25,724 nt of DNA from IMG/VR virus record IMGVR_UViG_3300032243_000057, positions 1-25,724 of that record, one strand, 5' to 3'. The notes under the pieces are model-generated. The model ran no database searches. It saw only the letters and a program-made list of their open reading frames with translations, and was not told the DNA's origin. The translations under genes were made by a program, and so were the position numbers. This stretch comes from a virus (lineage: Duplodnaviria; Caudoviricetes). This document shows positions 7,316 to 18,300 of this stretch, piece after piece (the stretch's first letter is position 1; each line of letters opens with the position of its first letter).

Positions 7316-8254
7316 ATGTCAAACATAACGCTTTTTTCCCCCGCAAACGTACCTGCATTCGCTCGTAACAACGAACTGTCCGACACAGCCAAAGCCCTCA
7401 CAGGCGGCAGTGTTTCCAACACCAAGCGCATCTCTATCAAAGGCGGCGTGTTCCGTTTGGTAGCTGGTGGCAAGGAAGTCGCCGCGATTGATGATCGCCA
7501 TCTGGAAGTCATCATCGTCAAAGCTGCCCCCAAGGTCAGCCGTATCTTCTACACTGCATCCTACGATGCCGACAACATCACTGGCCCTGACTGCTGGAGC
7601 AATGACGGTGAGCGTCCTGACGTTTCTGCTCAGAACAAGCAAGCTGAAACCTGCATGAGTTGCCCGAAGAACATCGCGGGTTCTGGTCAGAACAACAGCC
7701 GTGCTTGCCGCTACCAACAACGTCTTGCTGTGGTGCTGGCCAACAACCCATCAGGGGATGTGATGCAGTTAACTTTGCCTGCCACTTCGGTGTTCGGTAA
7801 AGAAGAAGGTGACAAGCGTCCATTACAAGCCTATGCACGCTACTTGGCGGTGCAGAACCCTCCGGTCAATCCTGAGCAGATCGTCACCGAGATGCGCTTC
7901 GATACTAAGGCCGAGTCCCCCAAGCTGCATTTCAAACCTGTACGCTGGTTGACTGACGACGAGTACGAGATCATCAAAGAGCAAGCTGAGAGTGCTGACG
8001 CACAACGTGCCGTGGTCATGACTGTGGCTCAGAGCGATGGTGTCAAGCCCAACGCTCCGAAGATGGTAATGTTTTCTAAGCCTTCAGAAGAAGACGAAGT
8101 ACCGGCCAAGCCTGCCGCAAAGAAAGCCAAGGCCGAGCCTGTTGCCGATGACGGCTCCGAACCTGAACTTCGCAAGGAAGCTGCCAAGGGTTCTGCCGTG
8201 CCTGCCAAGAAAGGCAAGCTGGCTGATCTGGTGTCCGATTGGGATGATGAATAA
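7316..8254 (+). CDS. Putative single-stranded DNA-binding/annealing protein
   Basis: RISIKGGVF; Cys cluster (PDCWS, CMSCPKN, RACR); Pro/Ala/Lys linker and acidic-aromatic tail (LVSDWDDE); position in the replication module. Confidence 0.65.
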   Translation: MSNITLFSPANVPAFARNNELSDTAKALTGGSVSNTKRISIKGGVFRLVAGGKEVAAIDDRHLEVIIVKAAPKVSRIFYTASYDADNITGPDCWSNDGERPDVSAQNKQAETCMSCPKNIAGSGQNNSRACRYQQRLAVVLANNPSGDVMQLTLPATSVFGKEEGDKRPLQAYARYLAVQNPPVNPEQIVTEMRFDTKAESPKLHFKPVRWLTDDEYEIIKEQAESADAQRAVVMTVAQSDGVKPNAPKMVMFSKPSEEDEVPAKPAAKKAKAEPVADDGSEPELRKEAAKGSAVPAKKGKLADLVSDWDDE

Positions 8255-8258
8255 CTAG

Positions 8259-8375
8259 GAGTTTCGCTAGGCCGCAGTCGGCGGTTGCATTGTGTTGGGC
8301 GGGAGTAGTCCCTCTCGTTATACAAATACACACACCCCAACGACTGCGTTTCCCGATTTGCGTGTCCTAGCGCTC
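8259..8375 (+). ncRNA. Candidate structured RNA or ssDNA element with nested stems; family not recognised
   Basis: CGCTAGG 8265-8271 pairs with CCTAGCG 8366-8372; CGCAGTCG 8273-8280 with CGACTGCG 8341-8348; inner GGCGGGAG 8298-8305 with CTCTCGTT 8312-8319 (G-U pairs); TTGTGT 8290-8295 with ATACAA 8320-8325. Confidence 0.55.
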
Positions 8376-8382
8376 AAACAAC

Positions 8383-8862
8383 ATGGCCATCATCTTTCCT
8401 TCCAACACCAAAGGCATGACCGCTGGCGCTATGCGTCAGATCAAGCAACAAGGATATACAACTGCTGCGGGTGGTTGGCATTCCTTAAACCGCGTGTACA
8501 ACATGGCGATAGACGCTACCTTGTATTTGAAAGAAACCGAACCTCTGGGGAAATACATGTCCGTATTAGAAAAAACAAAAGACGATGCAGAAGCCATGAC
8601 GGAGGCGCTTATAAAGAGCACCAACGCTATGGTTGACCAAGCAAAAGAAGCGCACAAGCAAATGCAAGACATCAACGGCAAGTTGCGTGATGGCGCTGAA
8701 AAACTCGGGCTTGCCATTGAGAAATTCAATAGGGTGGCAGGCAATACAAACTTTGCTGAGACCGCCAAGCAAGCAGAGTCTCTTGTCTCTAGTCTGGAGC
8801 GCCTTGCCGCACTAGAGGCCAGTGGGATGTTAGACAAGGTGATGAAAGCAATGGCAAAGTAA
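8383..8862 (+). CDS. Hypothetical alpha-helical/coiled-coil protein (start uncertain)
   Basis: 159-codon ORF rich in A/K/E/M helices, ending 1 nt before the HTH gene; no clear SD at 8383. Confidence 0.7.
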   Translation: MAIIFPSNTKGMTAGAMRQIKQQGYTTAAGGWHSLNRVYNMAIDATLYLKETEPLGKYMSVLEKTKDDAEAMTEALIKSTNAMVDQAKEAHKQMQDINGKLRDGAEKLGLAIEKFNRVAGNTNFAETAKQAESLVSSLERLAALEASGMLDKVMKAMAK

Positions 8863-8863
8863 T

Positions 8864-9142
8864 ATGGCCTACTCACAAAAAACAATTGACGCAATCATGC
8901 GTGCCCAAAAGACTAAAGGCAATCAGCTTGGGCGCTGGGCAGTGCATCTCAACTTTTCAGTTGTGCGTATTGCCAAAGCACTGGGCGTGTCACGCCAGAC
9001 TGTTTACAACTGGTTTGAAGGTGGTGAAATTTTTGTTGCCTACGAACATCGAGTTGAAACAATGCTTACTTTTTTAAAGAATTCCAAAACAGCAGATGAA
9101 GCATGGAGAAAAATATGTCAGCACTACAACCTCGCACTTTAA
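8864..9142 (+). CDS. Cro/XRE-like helix-turn-helix regulator
   Basis: SVVRIAKALGVSRQTVYNWFEG HTH signature. Confidence 0.85.
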   Translation: MAYSQKTIDAIMRAQKTKGNQLGRWAVHLNFSVVRIAKALGVSRQTVYNWFEGGEIFVAYEHRVETMLTFLKNSKTADEAWRKICQHYNLAL

Positions 9143-9303
9143 GTAACTCAGAGTTTATTAAGTACTTTGCAATGTATATGAATGACACACCAATGGGCGC
9201 ACCATTGACGTGGCAGATGGAGTTGTTACGCCGCTTTGCAGCAGTCGCAACAGAACACGCATATCCTATACACGACGACACACAGCTCGACCTGTTCAAA
9301 TAA
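9115..9303 (+). CDS. Small protein with C-terminal beta-clamp-binding motif QLDLF (start revised to ATG 9115)
   Basis: GGAG SD at 9105-9108; ends DTQLDLFK-stop. Confidence 0.7.
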   Translation: MSALQPRTLSNSEFIKYFAMYMNDTPMGAPLTWQMELLRRFAAVATEHAYPIHDDTQLDLFK

Positions 9304-9318
9304 ACCCGAAGGACTCTC

Positions 9319-12207
9319 ATGACCCCGCTTGAATTTCTAGCGGTTGTTTTGCCGTCCCCGGATAACGGGTTGTACTGTGCGGCAGAGCTAACTACAAAAA
9401 AGAAGGAGCACAATTTTGTTGAACATCTGGAGGAACTCCCTGCCACCATAACCAAATGGGGTGACAACAAAGACATCTACTTTGCGCTGTCTACATTCCA
9501 AAACAAAGGCAAGCGCACAGCAGAGAACGCAAGGTTCATTCGGTCGCTGTTCATTGACATGGATGGCTACGACACCAAAAAGGCAGCGGCCATGTCGCTC
9601 AATGAGTTCATGGTCAAGACTGGTCTGGACTTACTTGGTACACCATACATCGTGGACTCAGGCGGTGGTTTGCACTGTTACTGGCCGTTTACGAATGTCA
9701 TAGCCGTTGAAGAATGGAAGCCTGTTGCTGAGAACTTAAAGCGCCTGTGCAAACAAGAAGGCTTGAGCATCGACATGACGGTGACCGCCGACTCTGCCCG
9801 AGTACTGCGTTTCCCCGGCACGTACAACAACAAGGCCAAGTACGCTAAGCCGCGCCCAGTGCGCATACTAGCCGAAGGCGATACGTTTGATTTTGAAGAC
9901 TTGGCCAACCACATTGAAAGCCAACTCAGATCATTACCCGCATTACCACGTCATCAACCCACGCTGGCTCTGCCCGGCCAACGCCCTGACGCAACGCATA
10001 CGCCCACCACAGTTAAGTTGTTTGAGAACAGCATCACGCTATTCAAGAATATTTACAAGAAGACAAAGAACGGCGGGGGCTGTGAACAGCTTCGGCACTA
10101 CGTTGAGAACGCAACCGAAGATGGTATGGAACCGCAGTGGCGTGGTTGGTTGAGCATTGCCCAGAAGTGCAACGATGGCGAGAAGGCGGCGATCTGGTTG
10201 TCTGACCTGCACCCATACCCACATGATCGTATGAACCAGAAGCTGGCTGAGATCAAAGGGCCATACCCGTGCATTAAGTTTGACTCAGAGAATCCGGGCG
10301 TTTGTGACGGGTGTCAGTATCGCGGCAAGATTACAAACCCGCTGGCACTTGGACGTGAGACCGCCGTGGTCACCACCGAAACTACGCTGGAGTTACCAGC
10401 AAGGGAAGGTGAAGTAACAAAAAAAGTAGTCCGCCCTGAACCACCCAAGGGTTATGCGTACGGTGTTCGGGGCGGCGTATTTATGGAGAAGGAAGATACA
10501 GACGCTAACGGTCAAGTAACCAAGCGGCAGATCATGCTGTTGCCTTATGACGTGTTCCCTGTGGACATCTTGAGTCATAATGGTGAACATCTTGTGCATA
10601 TGCTCGCGGTGCGTGACTACAAAGTACAAGCGGTGTCGTTCCCGCAGAAAGCCATTGTCAGCAAGGACGAGACAGTTAAGGCGCTGGCACAACAAAACGT
10701 CATGGCCGCATTCGGCTCTGGCAACGACAAAAACTTATATGACTATGTGAGGGCATGTGTGGAAAAAATGAGCAGCGAAAAGAAACCAATCGAAGTACCA
10801 GACCACTGCGGCTGGCAACCAAACGACACCTTTGTGTGGGGCGGCAAGATTTACTCTCCGAATAAAGAGTCCATCGAAGTGCCGATGCCCGGGCTTGAGA
10901 ACATCACAATGAACTCCAAGCCTGCCGGAACACTGGAGAACTGGCGCAGGTTCATCGACCTGCTGGTGCGCAGGAAACTGTGGGATCACTTAGCCATCAT
11001 CCTTGTGGGCGCCGGCTCACCGCTGATGCGTTTCACAAAGCTACACGGCCTGACTGTTCACTGTGCCTCGACCGACTCAGGTACTGGCAAGTCACTGGCG
11101 CTGGAAGGTGCGGCATCTATATGGGGCCACCCTACCCACTACCGTACAGGCGCAGGCACTTCTCCTGTTGCGATGCAACAAAGGCTTGGTCTCTTGCACA
11201 GCAACCCACTTATCACGGACGAGATCACCAGCAAGAACCGAGATGAGTTTGAGTGGTTCCCTGCGTTCTTGCTTAGTATGACCGAGGGGCGCGGCAAAGA
11301 GCGCATGGAGTCTGGAGCCAACAAAGAACGCTTGAACCTGTCTACATGGGCAGCGATGGCGATCATGTCATCAAACACCCACGCCGTGGACTACCTGACA
11401 GGCACACGCAAGCACGCTTCTGAGGGAGAGCTTCGCCGCTTGATCGAGTACATCATGGACGAGAAGCTGGAGTGGAGTGCAGACGAGATCGAGATTATCA
11501 AGTCTTTAAGTAGCAACTATGCCGTGGCTGGTGTTGTCCTAGCGCAGTACATGGTTGACAACATTGAGATGGTTGATACGCTAGTGCTTCAGACTGTGCG
11601 CCAGATGTACACCGAGTACAAGGCTCCTAACGATGAGCGATTCTGGATGGCAGGTGTTGGCTGTGCCATAGCCGCCGGCATATTGATGAACAGCGAACAC
11701 GCAGGCATTGCCGAGTTCCCTTTGGTGGAGATCATCGAGAGTTTCCGCAAGCGTATCAACCACCAACGCGGTAGTATCAAGGGCAGTTACCGCACAGCAG
11801 AGGACGTGCTCAACGCGTTTGTGCAGGAGTACCAAGGCAAGTTTGTGGTTGTGCGCTACGGCGAGAAGGCTGGCCCACTGGCGCATTTGGGGGATGGCTC
11901 GATGGTAGACAAGAACACCACACGCGCAGAAGTTATGGGGCGGGTCGAGCACGGCGTAACCGCAGGGCATGTGGACTTTTTCATTGAAGAGCGTATGCTC
12001 AAGTCATTCTGTTCCAACATGAGCTTTGGTTATGCCAACTTCAAGCGGTATCTTGAAGCGCAGTTTACGGTGTCGTATGTAGCTAAGAAAGATATGATGG
12101 CTAAGACCAGCGCACCACCCATGCGTGTGTCCGCCATGAAGATCAGCCGCGCTGTGACGGAAGTCGATGAAACGCTTATCAATCAAATATCCTTGGCAAA
12201 AGACTGA
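9319..12207 (+). CDS. Primase-helicase: RepB-like primase, Cys-rich domain, DUF927/P-loop helicase
   Basis: FIDMD, IVDSGGGLHCYW, D.ARVLR.PGT.N.K primase motifs; GC...PYPC...CDGC; Walker A STDSGTGKS, Walker B LITDE, GRGKERM, SSN, RRLIE. Confidence 0.88.
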   Translation: MTPLEFLAVVLPSPDNGLYCAAELTTKKKEHNFVEHLEELPATITKWGDNKDIYFALSTFQNKGKRTAENARFIRSLFIDMDGYDTKKAAAMSLNEFMVKTGLDLLGTPYIVDSGGGLHCYWPFTNVIAVEEWKPVAENLKRLCKQEGLSIDMTVTADSARVLRFPGTYNNKAKYAKPRPVRILAEGDTFDFEDLANHIESQLRSLPALPRHQPTLALPGQRPDATHTPTTVKLFENSITLFKNIYKKTKNGGGCEQLRHYVENATEDGMEPQWRGWLSIAQKCNDGEKAAIWLSDLHPYPHDRMNQKLAEIKGPYPCIKFDSENPGVCDGCQYRGKITNPLALGRETAVVTTETTLELPAREGEVTKKVVRPEPPKGYAYGVRGGVFMEKEDTDANGQVTKRQIMLLPYDVFPVDILSHNGEHLVHMLAVRDYKVQAVSFPQKAIVSKDETVKALAQQNVMAAFGSGNDKNLYDYVRACVEKMSSEKKPIEVPDHCGWQPNDTFVWGGKIYSPNKESIEVPMPGLENITMNSKPAGTLENWRRFIDLLVRRKLWDHLAIILVGAGSPLMRFTKLHGLTVHCASTDSGTGKSLALEGAASIWGHPTHYRTGAGTSPVAMQQRLGLLHSNPLITDEITSKNRDEFEWFPAFLLSMTEGRGKERMESGANKERLNLSTWAAMAIMSSNTHAVDYLTGTRKHASEGELRRLIEYIMDEKLEWSADEIEIIKSLSSNYAVAGVVLAQYMVDNIEMVDTLVLQTVRQMYTEYKAPNDERFWMAGVGCAIAAGILMNSEHAGIAEFPLVEIIESFRKRINHQRGSIKGSYRTAEDVLNAFVQEYQGKFVVVRYGEKAGPLAHLGDGSMVDKNTTRAEVMGRVEHGVTAGHVDFFIEERMLKSFCSNMSFGYANFKRYLEAQFTVSYVAKKDMMAKTSAPPMRVSAMKISRAVTEVDETLINQISLAKD

Positions 12208-12367
12208 GCCGGGGCAGGGGTTCTTTATTCCCTGCCTCGACACCGCTGCCGTCCGCACCGAAGGCTTAAACCAAGCGCTCAAGCATAGGATATTTAACAC
12301 CAAAGCCACCCCTTGTATTCGGGGCGGTCTTATTGGCGTTCTATTTCATCGAGGGCCTGCTCGTTGA
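12167..12367 (+). CDS. Small conserved phage protein (YPW....G.GFFIP type), possibly DNA-binding
   Basis: KYPWQKTEPGQGFFIPC...GLIGVLFHR pattern; overlaps the primase end and, convergently, the end of the giant gene. Confidence 0.6.
   Translation: MKRLSIKYPWQKTEPGQGFFIPCLDTAAVRTEGLNQALKHRIFNTKATPCIRGGLIGVLFHRGPAR
12210..12239. other. GC-rich hairpin at the convergence point of the two arms (possible pause or terminator)
   Basis: CGGGGCAGGGG 12210-12220 pairs with TCCCTGCCTCG 12229-12239 (two G-U pairs), 8-nt loop; no canonical U-tract. Confidence 0.35.
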
Positions 12368-15300
12368 TTCGTGCATAGTCAATCTTTTGTTGCCGTATTG
12401 CTTTAAGCAGTTCGCTCTTTTCATCAGGCGGCATATCAGCGGCACGGACAGCAACTTCCATCTTTGTCGCTTTGCGCATTTCGTTCTGAAACTTGGTGGC
12501 CGTTTCAGCCAACGCAATTTCAGTCGTAAACTTGTTGAGCGTTTCTTCGGCCTTGTCGTAGTACCCGCGATCAATGTAGTCTTTATAAGTTGCTTTGGCG
12601 GCTTCAAACTGGTTCATGCGTTGGTACACACGATCAATGATTGCGCCAGCATCTTCGGGCTGGAACAGCATGCCATAGACCTTTGACTCGGATGGGCGCA
12701 AAGTAGCACGTTCCGGGCCTTTGTCGTCCACTGCACCAGTGCCTGTCAGGATGGCTTGACCAAGCGCCAGCGGCAGGGCTGTCGTATAGCTGCGAATCAA
12801 GTTTTCAACCAAGATGGGAGACAAACCAAACTGCCCGAACAGTTTGGCAATATCTGTGGTGTCTTGACGGAACTGGGCTTCAGGTTTAAGTTTTTTCTCA
12901 TGCTCAGACAATAGGTCGCGGCCTGTGTAGAACGACTTACCCAAGGAAAACTCAACCAACGGCTTTACCGCTTGGGGTATCGGCATTGGCAACGCAACCT
13001 TGTACTTGTTGTCGTACATAAATGTTGGCATGTTTGAACCGCCCGGGATCAGGCTCAACAAGATTGTGTTGAACGCCTTGACTGCTTCTTCGCCGCCGTG
13101 CTCGTCCACCATAGAGTTGTAGAGAGCTTCGGGCAACGCTTTGAACAAGTAACCAATCTCAAACGGGATTGACAGGCGCAGGGGTTCTTCCATGCCGGGG
13201 ATGCGAATAAACCAATTGCCGTATTTTTGATCTGGCGTAGCGTTCTTGTACGCTTTATCGTCTTGCATCAAGGCGGCATACATCATGGATGATGCAGCCA
13301 ACATAGCGCCACGGATAAACAATTTCTGCTGAATCTTCAGCTTCTCGTTGTGCGGCATCTTGCCTGTAATAGACTTGTACAGCACGTTCAGGGATTGCAC
13401 TTGCGCGTTAAAGAACGGAATCATGCTGTTGAGCCAGTGCACGCTTGGGGATGCGCCGCGCTTGTTAAAGTTCATTGACTCCAACGCCATCAGCGTGGCT
13501 TCCATTTCGGACATGCCTTGCTTGATGTAGCTGTTGTACTGAGAACGGCGGGTAGCGGCATCCGCCTCCATGTTCATAGCTTCCAAAGCGCCAATGGCTC
13601 CCTGCCAGCTAACGGTTTTGTTAGCCAGCATACGGTTGAGCACGTTTGTAATTTCTTCTGTGCCGCCAGTAAACATTTGACCGCCAGTAATACCACGGCG
13701 CTCCAACGTGTCTTTTGTCTTGCCAGAGCCAATACGAATTTCTTTTAAGGCGCTCATCACTGGAATGGTATTAGCACCAGATGCAATAGATGCCGCAAAT
13801 GAGTCACGGAATATCTGCTTGGCCATATACACCGGAGACAACGTAACTGCCTTGCGCAACACGGTGGCAGGGAAAGCCATCATTTTCATAATGCCAGACA
13901 ACTGCGTGGGGATACCTTCCATGCCCTTGACCAAAATATCAGGGTCAAGTCCAACTTTGTCTGTCAACAACACAGCGTGCAAATCTGCAAGCTGGCCGTC
14001 TTTGTTCATGTCGGTAAACTGAATAACGTTTGTACCGGTGCCACGCCCTTTGCCAATCTTAGCCAAGCCAAGCTCAACCATTTCATACACAGCGTTCTTG
14101 GTAGCCAAGTTGCGCATACCCATGTCAGCCAGCATGCCGGTGTTCTGAACGCTAGAAGTCAAAAAGTCAAGGATAGCTTCGTCGCCACCAACCAGCTTGT
14201 CAAGGTGCGGTTGGTTAGCCACGTCGCCAATACGGATAGGTGTTTCGCTACCAATCACCAATTCAACAACACCCCCCCGCTGACGATACCAAGGAATGTA
14301 GTCGTCTTGCGCCAGCAAGTTGGCGTGTGTTTTTGCATCAATAGACTTGGTGCTCAACAAAAAATCAATCATGCCACGGTTGTACGCGTTGTACTCTTTG
14401 CGTGCGGATTCAAAAATTTTAAAAACCTTTGGGTTGTTTTCAACTTGTGCTCGTGCACGATCAAGCCCTGTCTTAGTTAATTCTTTGCCAAAGTGCAGCG
14501 TGTCAAAGCCTTTGTTGTCTGCGCGAATAGCAGACATGTACATCGTAAACAAACGGTTTACAGCCACGCTATTACCAACAACACCTTCAGCTTGTTTCAA
14601 AATGTTAACCACGCCACGGATACTAGCTCCGTCATTGGCTTCAATCAAACGCTCAATCTGACCATCTTTGCGGGTCTTCTCCACAATTTTTAAAGCACCG
14701 CGCTGAACCGCTTGAGACACAAAGTTCTGGCGTTGATCGTACATGCGGAAGTAGTACATCATCTGTCTACCCTTGAGAGAGTCCATTGCTTGCGCCAATC
14801 GCTCCCAGCCGCCAAACCGATCTACAAACTGGGTTTCAAACCCAAGGCCAGTAAAGTTGGCTTTGACACCATCCCACCAAGTTTTGTTTTTAGCCGTCAG
14901 TCGATCACTGTAGCGCCCAGCATCGGCAAAGTCAGCGGCGTACTCAGCCCTAAGTGACAGCAACCCGGTTGGGGACATGTACGTACCAGCGTACTCCTGC
15001 TGCATTTTGCGAGAAGCTTGGAACAGTGTGTGGTACAGCTCAGACGTGTTGACGTTGGCGGTGTTAACCAGCCCCATGCCTTTAAGTATCTTGCGGATTG
15101 CGCCCAGCACAATTTGCAAATATCGGCCAGCTTTTTGTACAAGCGACTCGTTTACTACGCGCTCTTGCAAGTGCGCAATCATTTCACGAACAGCTTGAAT
15201 TTCACCAAGGCGGCGCAGCTCAGTTGCTTTTTCTGGGTTGCCTTCTTTCTCTTGTTCCACAGCAAGGTTTTCGTAGCCACGGGCAACCTGAACTACATCT

Positions 15301-18300
15301 GCTTCAACGCCCAGTGCTTGTGCCATACCAAAAATGCCGCCGTCTGCTGTACGGATATTGCGGGTAAGTTCGGCCATACCTTTGGGGCCAAGTACCATAT
15401 CCACACCGTAGTGACCAATGGCTTCGTGTATCAGCGTCTCTTCCAAATCAGCCAGTGAAGTGTGCATGTTGCCAATAATGACAATAGTTCCGTCAGGCAG
15501 AACGCCACCCTTAACCGCCGCTTTTTCAACATCAACTTTGTTTTTAAGCAAAGCTTTCAAGAACTTAGCTGGCGCTTCCAGCATAGTAGGCGCATAAACA
15601 AACTTAACGTCTTTTGGCAAACCACGGGCGTATTCCATCGCCGCTTTTTGCGCCGCTACTGGATCAACAGGATTTGCAGGAGGGTTACCTTCAATACGGA
15701 ATACGGTGTCGCCAATATCAGGATCGTCTTCCACTTCCATAAATCTGTTCATGTACCCGCGTGTAACTTCTTTCAATGCGTTGTCGTAGGCAACTGAACC
15801 CTTGGGGTGCATGGTGACAAGCCGGTCGTGCTTTGCCAATTTCTTAGCATTAGAAATAGCCTTGAATTCATCCGATGTAGCTGAACGCAGTTGTTGATTG
15901 CGCTTACTAAGCGGTTTAATATCTGCACCCTTGGCTTCTTGCACAGCCAGTGTGCGTGAAGTAGCCGCCAAATCTTTGACGTTCTCAGCTTTAGTAACAC
16001 GTTCTGCGCGAATACGTTCTTCAGGAACAATACCAATCATTGCATCTGCGGTCTTCTTGGCAACAATATAACCGTCACGCAACTTGTTAATTTTTTCTTC
16101 GTTGGCCTTTTCCATTGGGCCAAGTTTTTCCTCAAGCGCGGTAACCCTGTCTTGCAAAGGTTTGGTGGCGTTTTCAAGTGCTGCCAGTTTGGCATCATGC
16201 ACAGCACGTTTGTAAGGCGCGTACCCACTTTCCCACAAACTCTTGAGTTCGTTGATTTTTAAGTTTTCTTTTCCTAACGCTTCTTTAGCTTCACGTACAG
16301 CCTTGCGTATGTTGCTCAAGTCAGTTTGGCCAACCAACTTCATGTTGCGATCAATTTCTTTACGCAGGCGTTCTTGCTCTGCGCGTTGAGCAAAATACTT
16401 TTTCTGGTCTGGCTTGGTCATGGTGCCAAGCGCGTCTTGTTCTTTTTCAATCAGCAAGTCAAACGTTGTGATTGGTTCACCAGTCAATTCTTTAACCGTG
16501 ACTTTACGTGCGCCAGCTAAATCTTCCATGCGTTTTTCAGCACGTTCTAAATTAACTTTGGCAATTCCAATTTGTTCATCAGTGCCCAAAGACACAACAC
16601 CAGCCTTACTAACTTTTCGGCCTTCTGCTTTAGCCAACGCGTTGCGTGCCTTTTTCAAGTTGTCGTACGCTTTTTTGTATGTCTGGTTCTTTGCTGCTTT
16701 TTCCGTGTCGGTAGCATCAGGGTCTTTAGCAGGATCGTAATTAAACACTGGCCCTTGCCCGGTATACGCCACAGTCCAGCCGGGATTGGTTGTCTGCACT
16801 TCAAATGAAGGGCCACCTTCCCAAGCGTTTGTTTTCCATTGCAGACTTGCAGCGGCCTTACCTTCTTTGCTAAGCGCCTTGATCTGCGTTACTTTGGTGC
16901 CGGGTAAATTCAAACCTTCGCCAATACGCTGCTCAAAGTCTTTTGTTTTCTGCGCGGCAGCATCTTTGGCATCTTGCAAAACTTGTTGTGCAGCCATCAA
17001 GTCTGCACGGCGCTTAGCCAGCGCATTAAATTCGTTTGTCTGCGAACCAGTTAATTTATTTTCAAGACTCTTTAAATCTTCCCAAGTCTTCTTAATTTCT
17101 TTGTCCGCCATCAAGAACATGCCAAGCTGTTCTTTTTCAGCATTTACCAAAGCCGCTTTGCGGTTTTCAATGTTTTTAATGTGCGCTTCAATCTTTTCTT
17201 GGGTTTCTACAACATCCAAGTAGTAGTTGTGCCAAGCCGTAGCGTTTGTTGGTGCAGGTGCGGCTTCCAAATCCGCCAACGTTTGATTGAACTCTGCTAA
17301 CCAGTCGTTATACTGTTTAAGTTCTTTGTCTTGCGTGTCAATAGATTTGCGCCATTTGTCCAAGTTTGCTTGTGCACGGCCAAGGGCAGTAGACAATGGG
17401 TCTGTGGGAGACACATACAACTGGGAAGCCAAATTGTCGCGCATTACGCGCAACCGACCCGCAAACGTCTGCATGCTTTTTTTAGTTTGCAAACCGGTCA
17501 GTTTATTTTTAGCGTCTGCAATTTCTTCGGCTGATGCGCCAGAGTCTTTTAAGTCATACCAAACTTTGTTTGCGTCTTTAATTTGTTTTTCAAGCGTGGC
17601 GGCAGGGGCCTCCGCTACTACAGCACCGGGTTCAGGTGCAACAGCTTCTGGATAAATAACACCATTACGACGTGCGCGGCTGTCCGCTTCTTCCATATTT
17701 TTACGAGCAGTTTCAACGGCTTCTTCAGCAGCTGCCAACGCTTCAGCATCGGCTTCTTTAAAAGCTTCAGCAGTCTCAGGGAACTCGGCCATTTTGGCAC
17801 GCATGTCACGCCATGCTTTGCGCTTGGCTTCTACTTTTTTAATTTTTTCTTTAAGTTGTGCAACTTCTATTTTGTACGGTGAGTCTTCTGGCAGCTTTGC
17901 AAAGTTAGCAGATTTTTCTAATTTATATGCAGCATTTTCGTAATGAAAACGCAAAGCGTCATAGTACGCTTCCATGTTGGCTTTGGCTGGAGCCATTTTG
18001 CGCAACTTAGCATACGCCTCTTGTGCGGCAACGTAATCAGTGCGTGCGCCTTGCAGTTCTTCAACTGTTATGGGGGTAGGTGTTTGTACATCACGCAGTT
18101 GTTTACGCAGCTTAGAAATCTTGCCAGACTTGGCTGAACCCAAGTACTGTTCGGGCGTGTCAAAGATAACGCCCATTTCTGGCGCTTGCTCAAACATGTC
18201 TCTTGTTTCAAAGTCAACGCCGCCCGGCACGCCGTACATACCCAGCTCTTTAAGCCGAGCATTGTTCTTGGTGTACTCAGACTCAAGTTGGTTGAGCTGC

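Noticed and set aside
8255-8382. tRNA, hammerhead or HDV-like ribozyme, or intrinsic terminator reading of the structured spacer
   Set aside because: No cloverleaf or TTC-containing T-loop, no CUGANGA core, no convincing HDV pseudoknot, and no U-tract after the outer stem.
8292-8894. ORFs 8292-8636 (+) and 8436-8894 (-)
   Set aside because: They overlap the more plausible 8383-8862 gene and the structured element; composition is atypical.
9070-9099. Slippery T-TTT-TTA in the HTH gene that could shift -1 into the frame of the QLDLF protein
   Set aside because: The -1 frame hits TGA at 9097-9099 before the downstream ORF, so no fusion results.
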